A DNA stretch of 49,973 nucleotides from an uncultured Candidatus Saccharibacteria bacterium (GCA_964580495.1 CAZOKE010000003.1:1-49973); one strand, 5' to 3'; numbered from the stretch's first letter, positions 19,713 to 27,810 are shown. The notes: generated by a model not told the origin, from the letters alone. Translations and numbers: made by a program.

Positions 19713-20045
19713 TCAAAAGCCTGTGCTGCGGACGACGTGTTTGCCGCCGGTCTCAACGTAATCTTTGATTACCGCCCAAGCATTCGAAAAAGCTTCATTG
19801 TCAAAACTGTTCCCGTACTTATTTTTAAGTTCTTGCTGGATTTCCAAAAGATCGGCTTCTCCTGTTTCAACTAACGCTTTGGAGATAGCTATTTTGCAAA
19901 TCGTATCAAATTGAATTTCTGGCGCCTGATATGGCTGGAGTCTTCCATTATATTCCTGAAGCTTGGCCTCAAGCTTTTCACGATCTTCTAACAAAAATAT
20001 CTTGCCGCCTACCATCGGCATCTCCCCTGTTTCGGGTGTCTTCAT
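19713..20045 (-). CDS. hypothetical protein
   Basis: 110-aa soluble ORF with no recognisable motif. Confidence 0.55.
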   Translation of the reverse strand: MKTPETGEMPMVGGKIFLLEDREKLEAKLQEYNGRLQPYQAPEIQFDTICKIAISKALVETGEADLLEIQQELKNKYGNSFDNEAFSNAWAVIKDYVETGGKHVVRSTGF

Positions 20046-20062
20046 ATAAATAATTAATTTTC

Positions 20063-20138
20063 TGGAGCCGAAGGTCGGAATTGAACCGACAACCTACCCC
20101 TTACGAAGGGGTTGCTCTGCCAGTTGAGCTACTTCGGC
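20063..20138 (-). tRNA. tRNA-Thr (anticodon CGT)
   Basis: 76-nt cloverleaf: GCCGAAG/CTTCGGC acceptor, loop TTCGTAA, T-loop TTCAATT, CCA encoded. Confidence 0.88.
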
Positions 20139-20142
20139 GCAA

Positions 20143-20379
20143 TTAAATTCTTGAATTTAGAAACCTTCTACCAAACCCTGATTTAAAATACTTTTCGCGT
20201 TTTATTGCCTTTGTCTTATCAAGGCAAGCTTCGAAGTAAACTAGTTCAAATGGAACCCTTCCAATAGTTGATTGGACTAAACCATCATTGTGGGTTTTAA
20301 TCCGTTTATCTAAATCATCAGTCCAACCAATATAATGCTTAGAATCTTTTAAGCTTTTTTTGACATAGGTATAAAACAT
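20143..20379 (-). CDS. GIY-YIG nuclease family protein (UPF0213-like)
   Basis: MFYTYVKKSLKDSKHYIGWTDDLDKRIKTHN is the GIY...YIG...R...H pattern. The upstream ORF extension overlaps a repeat hairpin and I discarded it. Confidence 0.8.
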   Translation of the reverse strand: MFYTYVKKSLKDSKHYIGWTDDLDKRIKTHNDGLVQSTIGRVPFELVYFEACLDKTKAIKREKYFKSGFGRRFLNSRI

Positions 20380-20397
20380 AAAGGATGAGCCACGCCA

Positions 20398-20448
20398 GCA
20401 ACGCCTGAGCAAGCTGAAACGCTCAAGATCAGGCTTGCGATGGCGGGC
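20398..20448 (-). repeat. 51-nt hairpin repeat, copy 1 (in the 5' leader of the GIY-YIG gene, no U-tract)
   Basis: 50/51 identical to 20496-20546. It contains the internal stems CCTGAGC/GCTCAGG and CGCAA/TTGCG. Confidence 0.7.
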
Positions 20449-20495
20449 GGGTACGCCGGCTTAACTAGGATATTATAACAAAAAAGCGCCCGCCC

Positions 20496-20546
20496 GCAAC
20501 GCCTGAGCAAGCTGAAACGCTCAGGATCAGGCTTGCGATGGCGGGC
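20496..20546 (-). terminator. 51-nt hairpin repeat, copy 2 = pepF terminator
   Basis: It starts 4 nt after the pepF stop. On the minus strand the long hairpin GCCCGCC..CGCAA..CCTGAGC/GCTCAGG..TTGCG..GGCGGGC is followed by GCTTTTTTG. Confidence 0.7.
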
Positions 20547-20549
20547 TGG

Positions 20550-22361
20550 CTATTTGCGCTTCTTTGTTTGTTTATAAATTTCTTTAGCTTCAACTATAAG
20601 ATCCTCATAAACTTTCAAGCCATGCTTCCATACGTTAGGATCATTCATATCAAAACCGACCATTTTCAAAGCTTCTTCTGGAGAAACCGAGTTCCCGACA
20701 GATAAAAATTTCAGATATTTCTCAACAAATGAATTTCCCTCTTTCAAATATTTGGCATATAAAGCCAAAGCAGCCAGAGCTCCAAAAGCATAGCCATAAT
20801 AATAAAAGGGTGGAGAGAAATGATAAAAATGACCGATATATGACCACCAATATTCGTAGCCGCCTTTCGTTTCAACTGTTTTTCCGAAAAGTTCGTCCTG
20901 GCGCCGGATCCACATTCCATTTATTTGCGAAACCGTAAGCTCATTTCCCTTACGGCGTTCGCGATGGATATCTTTTTCAAATTCATAAACCGCGATTCCG
21001 CGAAAAATATTTCCGGATAAATCCTCGATTTTATCTGTGATTAGGTCAAATCGCTCTTCCGCACTCATCTCCGAGTTCATAAGTGCATTAAACAGAACCA
21101 TTTCGCTGAACAAACTGGCAATTTCAGCTAAAATTGTCGGAACTCCATAATTAAAGATTGTTTGCTTTTGCATCAAGACATCGTTTATACCGTGCCCAAG
21201 CTCGTGGGCCAGAGTGTTAATATCAGTAATTTTGCCTGTAAAATTCACCAATATGTAAGGAGGAATTTTTGGACTGACCCCGGCACAGTAAGCACCATTT
21301 GTTTTGCCTGGGCGAATTAGCGCGTCGATTCTTGATTCCTCAAAAAATCTCTCCGCAATTGCAGCATAATCTTTGCTGAATTTCTCAAAGCCGCGAAGAA
21401 TAATATTTTTTACTTCGCTAAATTGATATGTTTTGTCGGAAGAAATTGGATAAAAAGCGCCGCGATCATAATAATACATTTTATCGAGCCCCAAAACGCC
21501 TTTTTTAAATGAAAGGTAATTTCTATACTTGTCATTTTTGCTTTGGACGGTTTTGGACAAATTTGCCACAACTTCGGACGAAATTTCATTATCCAAGTTT
21601 CTCGGTTCGTCTAGTTCCTTGTATCTCCTTAATTCCGTAACGATCTGCTCATCTTGCATCAGCATGTTTAAAATAAAAGCCAGGTTTTCTGATTCTTCCT
21701 TCAAGCCAGCCGTCAACCCTTCAGCAGCCGCTTTGCGCAAATTGCGATCCTTATTCTCTAAATATACAAAAATGTCGGATTGCAATACTTCTTTAGTTTC
21801 TTTTCCAATTTTAATCTTGAACTTCTTTGTGGTGCTGATCCGGTCAAACATTCGCTCCAAGGCAGCCCGGCTGGTTAGATATTTGAGGTTGATAATCTTC
21901 TGTTCAGCTTCCGTCAGCATATGTGGTTTGTAGTCAAGAATCCTTTTTATGTGGTGCTTATAGTTGGCCAGGATCTTGCTGTTTAGTAATTTTTTTATTT
22001 CTCCCAGAGGCAGCTTGCTTAGCTCCAAATCAAAAAACACCAATAAATTATTGACTTGCTGGTAATCAGTTTGAATTTTCTGATAAAATGCTCCAACTTT
22101 TGGATCGTTGTTGTTTAGAGACAATAAAAAATAGGAATAGTATCCGTATTTTACCGTAGCTTCGAAAATTTTCTCGTATTCCCGGAAAATTTCCAAAAAT
22201 TCTGATTCCGATTTATTCGAAAGCTTGCCGCGATATTTTTGCTCAAAGCTTTTAGCCAACGCCAATGATTTTTTAAAATCAACACCAATTTTCGGATCGT
22301 CTATATCATCATAGAATCTAGTTAAATCCCAAACTGGCAATTGTTCTCCTTTTTTAGGCAT
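20550..22361 (-). CDS. pepF: oligoendopeptidase F (M3B metallopeptidase)
   Basis: 603 aa with the zinc motif AHELGHG and M3B-like architecture. Confidence 0.9.
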   Translation of the reverse strand: MPKKGEQLPVWDLTRFYDDIDDPKIGVDFKKSLALAKSFEQKYRGKLSNKSESEFLEIFREYEKIFEATVKYGYYSYFLLSLNNNDPKVGAFYQKIQTDYQQVNNLLVFFDLELSKLPLGEIKKLLNSKILANYKHHIKRILDYKPHMLTEAEQKIINLKYLTSRAALERMFDRISTTKKFKIKIGKETKEVLQSDIFVYLENKDRNLRKAAAEGLTAGLKEESENLAFILNMLMQDEQIVTELRRYKELDEPRNLDNEISSEVVANLSKTVQSKNDKYRNYLSFKKGVLGLDKMYYYDRGAFYPISSDKTYQFSEVKNIILRGFEKFSKDYAAIAERFFEESRIDALIRPGKTNGAYCAGVSPKIPPYILVNFTGKITDINTLAHELGHGINDVLMQKQTIFNYGVPTILAEIASLFSEMVLFNALMNSEMSAEERFDLITDKIEDLSGNIFRGIAVYEFEKDIHRERRKGNELTVSQINGMWIRRQDELFGKTVETKGGYEYWWSYIGHFYHFSPPFYYYGYAFGALAALALYAKYLKEGNSFVEKYLKFLSVGNSVSPEEALKMVGFDMNDPNVWKHGLKVYEDLIVEAKEIYKQTKKRK

Positions 22362-22400
22362 AAAAAAATACTAACCGAACTTTGAATTATTGGCTATTAG

Positions 22401-22811
22401 CTAATTCTCTAATTTAATAAATTTCCCGTAATTTGTTATTGCATTATGGAAAAATTCAGGAATTTCATTCAATTCTGATTCTATATCAATCCACTTATAC
22501 TCAGTGTGCTCTTCGGAAAGCTGGACATCGTCACTTAGAAGCTTGGATAAGAACATTATCATGGTAATCTTTTGCTCGTCATCTCTGACAAAGTGCCGGA
22601 TGTCGATCGGCATCAAAATTTCGATCTCGCAGCCCGTCTCTTCTTTCATCTCGCGTTTGAGTCCTTCAAAAGGATTCTCTCCCAGTTCCAGCCGGCCTCC
22701 CGGTATATCCCAAATTCCAGGTTTGTGTACATCATTTGGCCGCCGCTTCATCATAAAAAGCTTTCCGTCTTTGATGATGAAAGCTTTTGCCGCATTTCGA
22801 AAATTATCCAT
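22401..22811 (-). CDS. Nudix hydrolase
   Basis: Nudix box GGRLELGENPFEGLKREMKEETG. Confidence 0.88.
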   Translation of the reverse strand: MDNFRNAAKAFIIKDGKLFMMKRRPNDVHKPGIWDIPGGRLELGENPFEGLKREMKEETGCEIEILMPIDIRHFVRDDEQKITMIMFLSKLLSDDVQLSEEHTEYKWIDIESELNEIPEFFHNAITNYGKFIKLEN

Positions 22812-22858
22812 TTAAAGTCCTTTTTAAAATACTTTGCAACTGCATATGTATGACATTC

Positions 22859-22932
22859 TGGAGCGGGATACGGGAATCGGACCCGTGTCTAAACCTTGGG
22901 AAGGTCTCATACTACCATTGTACTAATCCCGC
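22859..22932 (-). tRNA. tRNA-Gly (anticodon CCC)
   Basis: 74-nt cloverleaf: GCGGGAT/ATCCCGC acceptor, loop TTCCCAA, CCA encoded. Confidence 0.88.
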
Positions 22933-22988
22933 AGACTTCAACATTATACTAATTTAAGCTATAATAACCAAGTTGCCCAAGGAGGACT

Positions 22989-23282
22989 ATGCCAAAAATA
23001 CTGCTGCTCGTAGGATTGTACTTGATCGCAATCGCCACCGGATTCGTGGCAACGTATGCGGCTTACGATGGCTCTGTCATCTCCACAGGCGCCTTCGACT
23101 TCGTCCTGATCTGCTGCGTTTGGCTTTGCACTTGTTCTGTTCCCGCAAAACTGGAATTCACCAATGCAGAGGCCGATGTACACCTTCAAATCGGGACGAT
23201 CGCCGGGATGGTCTGCTCACTCTTTGCGCTCGCATACCAAAAACCAGCCGTCGTGCTGCAATTCATCGGAAATATTTTCTGA
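22989..23282 (+). CDS. hypothetical small membrane protein
   Basis: 97 aa with about 3 TM helices. There is a strong AAGGAGG SD 5 nt upstream, and a terminator follows. Confidence 0.65.
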   Translation: MPKILLLVGLYLIAIATGFVATYAAYDGSVISTGAFDFVLICCVWLCTCSVPAKLEFTNAEADVHLQIGTIAGMVCSLFALAYQKPAVVLQFIGNIF

Positions 23283-23287
23283 AACCA

Positions 23288-23320
23288 AAGACCGTTTACG
23301 ATTAAACGGTCTTTTCTTTT
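23288..23320. terminator. bidirectional terminator
   Basis: AAGACCGTTT-acgatt-AAACGGTCTT followed by TTCTTTT. It sits between convergent genes. Confidence 0.75.
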
Positions 23321-24168
23321 TAATATCTTTTCAAAATTTTGATCTTTATTTGGTCTGTTTGTGATTTAACCCAAGCATCGAATCCGGTCGTTTGGATAAG
23401 TATATGCTTGGCGTGCCACAGCTTGGTTCCATTCTGATTTGAAACCTCAATTGGATAAATAATTTCGTAGCCGTTTCGGGTTACGATTATTTTGTTTTCC
23501 ACTTGCCCCGCTCTGGCAATCGTAATTTCTTTTTCCAGCTCGGGCAAGATCTGTGAGTGGGCAAAGAAACCCAGGTCCCCTCCCAGTTGGGCCGTTTCCC
23601 TGTCATCGCTGTAGGTTTTGGCCAAGTCCTCGAATTTTGCGCCCTTATTCAACTGATCCAGTATGCCCTCGGCTTTGGCATAAGCATCTTTGTTTAAATC
23701 AAATTGAGAATTATAAAACATGCGCAAATTGGCTTCCACAACTTCCGGATAAACGACAATCTGAGTGAATAAATTTTCATCGCCATGAAAATAAGATTTT
23801 ATAAACTCCCGGTAGACCGTTTCATTGCCCTTCGTATAAAAATCTTTTTCATCGGAAATCGCATCGGATGCGAGTCTAATGCCCAATTTATCCAAGAGCC
23901 CTTGTTGTTTTGCACGCTGAAGAAAATTCGCAAATGCCTCCTGCGGGCTGACCGTATTGTCCATGCCGCGGGCGAGCTCGACAAATTCATTGGCATCCTC
24001 GACCGAAATAAGTTTGTTGCCCACGATTGCAGCCGGATACAGTTTACCAAAACTTTTGCTTACAGGATCCGACCAATTTGTTTTATACGCCACTGTGAGA
24101 GAAACGATAAAAAACAAAAAAATAATTGCCAACCCGATCCAAATTGTATATTTGTAATTTAGTTTCAT
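23320..24168 (-). CDS. parvulin-like peptidyl-prolyl isomerase / PrsA-SurA-like foldase, membrane anchored
   Basis: 282 aa with an N-terminal TM helix and parvulin motifs (GAKFEDLAKTYSDD...GGDLGFF). The motif order is atypical (see findings). Confidence 0.72.
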   Translation of the reverse strand: MKLNYKYTIWIGLAIIFLFFIVSLTVAYKTNWSDPVSKSFGKLYPAAIVGNKLISVEDANEFVELARGMDNTVSPQEAFANFLQRAKQQGLLDKLGIRLASDAISDEKDFYTKGNETVYREFIKSYFHGDENLFTQIVVYPEVVEANLRMFYNSQFDLNKDAYAKAEGILDQLNKGAKFEDLAKTYSDDRETAQLGGDLGFFAHSQILPELEKEITIARAGQVENKIIVTRNGYEIIYPIEVSNQNGTKLWHAKHILIQTTGFDAWVKSQTDQIKIKILKRY

Positions 24169-24183
24169 GTCTGCCGTTTGTGG

Positions 24184-24543
24184 CTAAGATTTCTTGAAGA
24201 AATAGTCAAACCATTTCCTAGGATTACTCTGCTGTGCCTCCGCGGTTTGAGTCTGGTCATCAGGCTGGTCCTTGGGCAATCCCACCACATATTCGCCGTC
24301 CTTCTTCAGATTCAATTTTTCGCGAGCCTCTTTTTCCTGGTACTGCGGGGTGTTCAAATATTTAACTAAATCCGAAAGCTGTTGGTTTTCGCCCCTGATC
24401 CGGTCGGCACGCGCCTGCAATTCCGAAATTTGCTTGTCTACCTGGTATTTTTCCGACAAAAGCCTGGCAGTCACAAACAAAACCACCAGGAGCAGGCCTG
24501 ACAAGACTATTGTCGCCATTTTGGATTTGAGGAAATCTTTCAT
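24184..24543 (-). CDS. septum formation initiator FtsB/DivIC-like protein
   Basis: 119 aa with an N-terminal TM helix, a coiled coil and the conserved QYQEKEAREKLNL..DGE segment. Confidence 0.75.
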   Translation of the reverse strand: MKDFLKSKMATIVLSGLLLVVLFVTARLLSEKYQVDKQISELQARADRIRGENQQLSDLVKYLNTPQYQEKEAREKLNLKKDGEYVVGLPKDQPDDQTQTAEAQQSNPRKWFDYFFKKS

Positions 24544-24560
24544 CCCTTTAAAAGTTCTAG

Positions 24561-24665
24561 TTACCTGCTCGCAATCAATGCCGACAACGTAAACAAAATC
24601 ATGCCTATGACCATGATAATGGCAAAGATTGCAAATATTTTTTCGACTCGTCTCCTGTTTTGCAT
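24561..24665 (-). CDS. possible 34-aa single-TM micro-protein
   Basis: MQNRRRVEKIFAIFAIIMVIGMILFTLSALIASR has a basic N-terminus and one TM helix. It lies between the lepA terminator hairpin and ftsB-like, and is not in the ORF track (under 60 aa). Confidence 0.25.
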   Translation of the reverse strand: MQNRRRVEKIFAIFAIIMVIGMILFTLSALIASR

Positions 24666-24773
24666 TTGTATAAATTTTACCACTCCCAGCGGAAGCTGGG
24701 ATCCACTTCCTTAATTAATACCAATTGGTGTTAATAGATGAAGTGGACACCAGATCAAGTCTGGTGTGGTCAA

Positions 24774-26546
24774 TTACTTCTTTAATATCGCCAAAAAAGC
24801 TTCCTGGGGAATATCCACCTGCCCAATTCTCTTTAACCTCTTTTTTCCTTTTTTCTGTTTCTCGAGTAATTTCATTTTTCGGGTCACGTCACCGCCGTAC
24901 AAATAACCGGTAACGTCTTTGCGTACAGCGGAAATGGTTTCTCTGGCCACCACCTTGCCGCCGATTGCCGCTTGCAAGGCGATTTCAAACTGTTGTCTGG
25001 GTATCAACTCCTTAAGTTTGGACACCAGCGCTCGGCCTTCGTTTTCGGCAATTGATCGATGCACGATCATGGACAGCGCGTCCACGCGCTCGCCGGCAAC
25101 CAAAATATCCAGTTTTACCAAATCATCGACTCTGGTTTCCAAAAACTCGTAGTTTAGAGAAGCGTAGCCGGAAGATACACTCTTAAGTTTATCATAAAAA
25201 TCAATGATGATGTTTGCCAGCGGCATTTCGGCAGTTATAAGCACGCGGTCGTTGGACAAATATTGCATGTCTTTATATGCACCCCGCCTGGAAGTAATGA
25301 GCTCCAAAATCCCGCCAATGTATGTTTGAGGAACCAAAATTTCAATCAAAACCCATGGCTCTTCGATGCTGACCACGCTCGAAAGATCAGGAAGCTCGGC
25401 CGGAGTGTGCATAATTTTCTGCGTCCCGTCTTTCATATTGACTCGATATTCAACAGAAGGCGCAGTGAGCACCAAATCCAAACCATATTCCCGTGTTAAA
25501 CGTTCTTGCACGATATCCATATGAAGCAAACCCAAAAATCCTGTGCGGAATCCAAAGCCCAATGCCGGAATGTGTTCCGGCACGAACTCAAGCGCCGCAT
25601 CAGAAAGTTTGAGTTTGTCAATGGCGTCGCGCAAGAGCGGATAATCATCGCCGGAGACAGGGAAAATAGAAGCGTAAACCATTGGTTTGATTTGTTTGTA
25701 TCCGGGCAGTGCTTCAACTTTCGCGCCTAGAGTTGTAATCGTATCGCCGACGCGCGCAGAGCGGACATCGCGCAAACCGGTCACGATGTAGCCAACTTCG
25801 CCGGTTTTCAATTCTGGTGAGGGGAAAAATTTAGGATGAAAATATCCAACTTCTAAAGCGTCCGCCGGCGTATTTGTGCCGAGCATCTGAATTTTTTCAT
25901 TCTTCTTAAGTGATCCGTCAACGATCTGGACAAATGTTAATACACCACGATGTTGATCGTAAGCTGAATCAAATATCAAAGCTCGCAAAGCTTTGGCTTC
26001 GTCCCCAACCGGTGACGGAACTCGGTCCACTACCGCTTGCAATATTTTTTCCACGCCTTCCCCGGTTTTGCCGGAAGCATATAAAATCTCATCATCAGTA
26101 AAGCCAAATGCATGCTTGATCTCTTCTGCAGTTTTCTCACGGTCAGAATTCGGCAGATCGATTTTATTTACGACTGGAATAATTTTCAGGTTATGCTGCT
26201 GGGCCAAGTGAATATTGGCCAAAGTCTGCGCTTCTATTCCCTGGGTTGAATCCACCACCAAAATTGCGCCTTCACAGGCTGCCAGAGATCGCGAAACTTC
26301 ATATGTAAAATCCACGTGCCCTGGTGTGTCAATCAAATTCAAAATATATCCGTGCCATTCCATGCGCACCGGCTGAAGCTTGATAGTAATTCCGCGTTCG
26401 CGCTCCAATTCCATAGTATCTAGAAGCTGCTCTTTCATTTCGCGCTTGGACACAGTTGAAGTAATTTCCAAAAGCCGGTCCGCCAAAGTGGACTTGCCGT
26501 GATCGATGTGGGCTATGATACAAAAATTACGAATCTTATTTTGCAT
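24774..26546 (-). CDS. lepA: translation elongation factor 4 (LepA)
   Basis: 590 aa with G1 AHIDHGKST and the LepA-specific C-terminal domain. Confidence 0.97.
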   Translation of the reverse strand: MQNKIRNFCIIAHIDHGKSTLADRLLEITSTVSKREMKEQLLDTMELERERGITIKLQPVRMEWHGYILNLIDTPGHVDFTYEVSRSLAACEGAILVVDSTQGIEAQTLANIHLAQQHNLKIIPVVNKIDLPNSDREKTAEEIKHAFGFTDDEILYASGKTGEGVEKILQAVVDRVPSPVGDEAKALRALIFDSAYDQHRGVLTFVQIVDGSLKKNEKIQMLGTNTPADALEVGYFHPKFFPSPELKTGEVGYIVTGLRDVRSARVGDTITTLGAKVEALPGYKQIKPMVYASIFPVSGDDYPLLRDAIDKLKLSDAALEFVPEHIPALGFGFRTGFLGLLHMDIVQERLTREYGLDLVLTAPSVEYRVNMKDGTQKIMHTPAELPDLSSVVSIEEPWVLIEILVPQTYIGGILELITSRRGAYKDMQYLSNDRVLITAEMPLANIIIDFYDKLKSVSSGYASLNYEFLETRVDDLVKLDILVAGERVDALSMIVHRSIAENEGRALVSKLKELIPRQQFEIALQAAIGGKVVARETISAVRKDVTGYLYGGDVTRKMKLLEKQKKGKKRLKRIGQVDIPQEAFLAILKK

Positions 26547-27138
26547 TTTTCTTTTCCAATGGATTTACGAAGCCGAGATAATGTTTCTTGGCCGAATTGA
26601 TCTCCAATGCTACTTTCTTGGCTTTTGCCGTTTTTGAGAAAGCCGGATGATTTCTCATTAAGATCCTAAAAATAGCGATGTCGTCACCGGCGTCAGTCCC
26701 TGCAAGCATCTTCCGATAAATCCCAATTACATGCTTTTCGTAGAGTCGCCTTTTGTGACCGAAATTGCCGGTGCTGGTAGGCACTTCAATATATGACAGT
26801 TTATATTTTGGACCGAATAGTTTTTTGAAAATCCATTCTGACCTGGTCTTGTGACCTTTGGTGGTCACGATCACTATATTCTTCCACTCCGGATGTCTTT
26901 TTATTATCTGCTTGGAAAAATAAATATTGCCAACCGTGTCTTTCGAATCTGCTTCTATAATTATATTTTTGAATCCTTTACCTTCAAGATAATGGGCCAT
27001 GACTTCCGCTTCTCCATACTTCGGTTTTTTCTTCAGCCAAATGCTGTATCCTCCGCTGACCAAAATAGGAGTGTCCTTGTAATATTTTAATTTGGAAAAA
27101 TATTCCAATCTCTCTCTGGTATACAAAATCGGTTTCAA
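26536..27138 (-). CDS. DUF218 (YdcF/SanA/ElyC-like) protein, apparently frameshifted near its 5' end
   Basis: The track ORF starts at a TTG. The expected N-terminal strand MSKPDVIIILGGGT is encoded in another frame at 27191-27135 (see finding). The conserved PILVSGG motif is present. Confidence 0.75.
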   Translation of the reverse strand: MKPILYTRERLEYFSKLKYYKDTPILVSGGYSIWLKKKPKYGEAEVMAHYLEGKGFKNIIIEADSKDTVGNIYFSKQIIKRHPEWKNIVIVTTKGHKTRSEWIFKKLFGPKYKLSYIEVPTSTGNFGHKRRLYEKHVIGIYRKMLAGTDAGDDIAIFRILMRNHPAFSKTAKAKKVALEINSAKKHYLGFVNPLEKKNAK

Positions 27139-27262
27139 TGTGCCGTCAGAGTACCACCGCCCAAAATAATTATTACGTCAGGTTTGCTCATAAAAAATAA
27201 ACAGCTAAAAAGCCGTATTTATTATACCCTAAATCAGATTGTATATAAAGCTTAGGAAATTG

Positions 27263-27310
27263 ATCCCTCACTTTCTTCTCAGATGATGCTATACGTAGAA
27301 AGTGAGGGAT
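27263..27310. promoter_or_regulatory. perfect 14-bp inverted repeat abutting a consensus promoter (candidate operator)
   Basis: ATCCCTCACTTTCT-N20-AGAAAGTGAGGGAT. The last T is the first base of the TTGACA -35. Confidence 0.5.
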
Positions 27311-27338
27311 TGACAAAACCGGAAAAAAGGAGTATAAT
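27310..27338 (+). promoter_or_regulatory. consensus sigma70 promoter TTGACA-17-TATAAT
   Basis: Both hexamers match the consensus exactly with a 17-nt spacer. The promoter lies 44 nt upstream of the ATG at 27383. Confidence 0.65.
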
Positions 27339-27382
27339 TAGCAATCGGATATCCAATTACGACCTATTTAAAGGAGGGCGAT

Positions 27383-27589
27383 ATGCCCATTCTGAAAGTG
27401 AAAATCTTCGCTGTCGATGAGAACAAGAACGAAACACTGATCGCTGATGCCGTATCGAGATTCGCAGTTGCTGAGGATCGTGTCGACCGCGTCGTCTTCG
27501 CACTTCTCACAGGCTTCTATGACGGCAGCGAGCCGCCGTTTGACCTGAATTCTGAGCAAGAAGTTCAGACAAAAGTCGCAGGCTCGTAA
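27383..27589 (+). CDS. hypothetical 68-aa protein
   Basis: AAAGGAGGG SD 5 nt upstream, a consensus promoter and its own terminator. No recognisable motif. Confidence 0.6.
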   Translation: MPILKVKIFAVDENKNETLIADAVSRFAVAEDRVDRVVFALLTGFYDGSEPPFDLNSEQEVQTKVAGS

Positions 27590-27611
27590 TACACAGAACG
27601 GTTCCGCAACA

Positions 27612-27642
27612 AAAGGCGGGTGATCACTCGCCTTTTTCTTTT
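27612..27642 (+). terminator. rho-independent terminator
   Basis: AGGCGgGT-gatc-ACtCGCCT followed by TTTTCTTTT. Confidence 0.7.
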
Positions 27643-27643
27643 A

Positions 27644-27672
27644 TTAAAAAATCCTGAATCAAGTTCAGGATT
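27644..27672 (-). terminator. rho-independent terminator (minus strand)
   Basis: The minus strand has AATCCTGAA-cttga-TTCAGGATT followed by TTTTTT. It lies 165 nt downstream of the murJ stop. Confidence 0.65.
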
Positions 27673-27700
27673 GCAGTTTGGATTTGGTTTCTGCGACCGT

Positions 27701-27810
27701 CTGAAAAATTTAGTCAGAATTCGACGCAAGCAAGGCTGGGTAATTGCTTGCACCAGCGAAGCGTGTGCAAGCACGCCGAAGCGAGCTAAGAATTCTGGTA
27801 AATTTTTCAG
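27701..27810. ncRNA. structured ~110-nt element with a long closing helix and mutually exclusive inner hairpins (murJ 3'UTR element or sRNA)
   Basis: 27701-27723 pairs with 27789-27810 (12 + 7 bp). Inside, TTGCTTGC (27744-27751) can pair either with GCAAGCAA (27726-27733) or, as TGCTTGCAC, with GTGCAAGCA (27765-27773). There is a C(UUCG)G loop on the minus strand. Confidence 0.4.

Noticed and set aside
20398-20546. The repeated 51-mers as a mini CRISPR array
   Set aside because: There are only two copies, the spacer is 47 nt, there are no cas genes, the repeats are themselves long hairpins, and one is followed by a U-tract. That is terminator or REP-like behaviour, not CRISPR.
22959-23305. 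Alternative overlapping ORFs (110 aa plus-strand, 76 aa minus-strand) around the small membrane protein gene
   Set aside because: Only the frame at 22989-23282 has a strong AAGGAGG SD at the correct spacing and a hydrophobic, TM-like product. The others are Arg-rich out-of-frame shadows.
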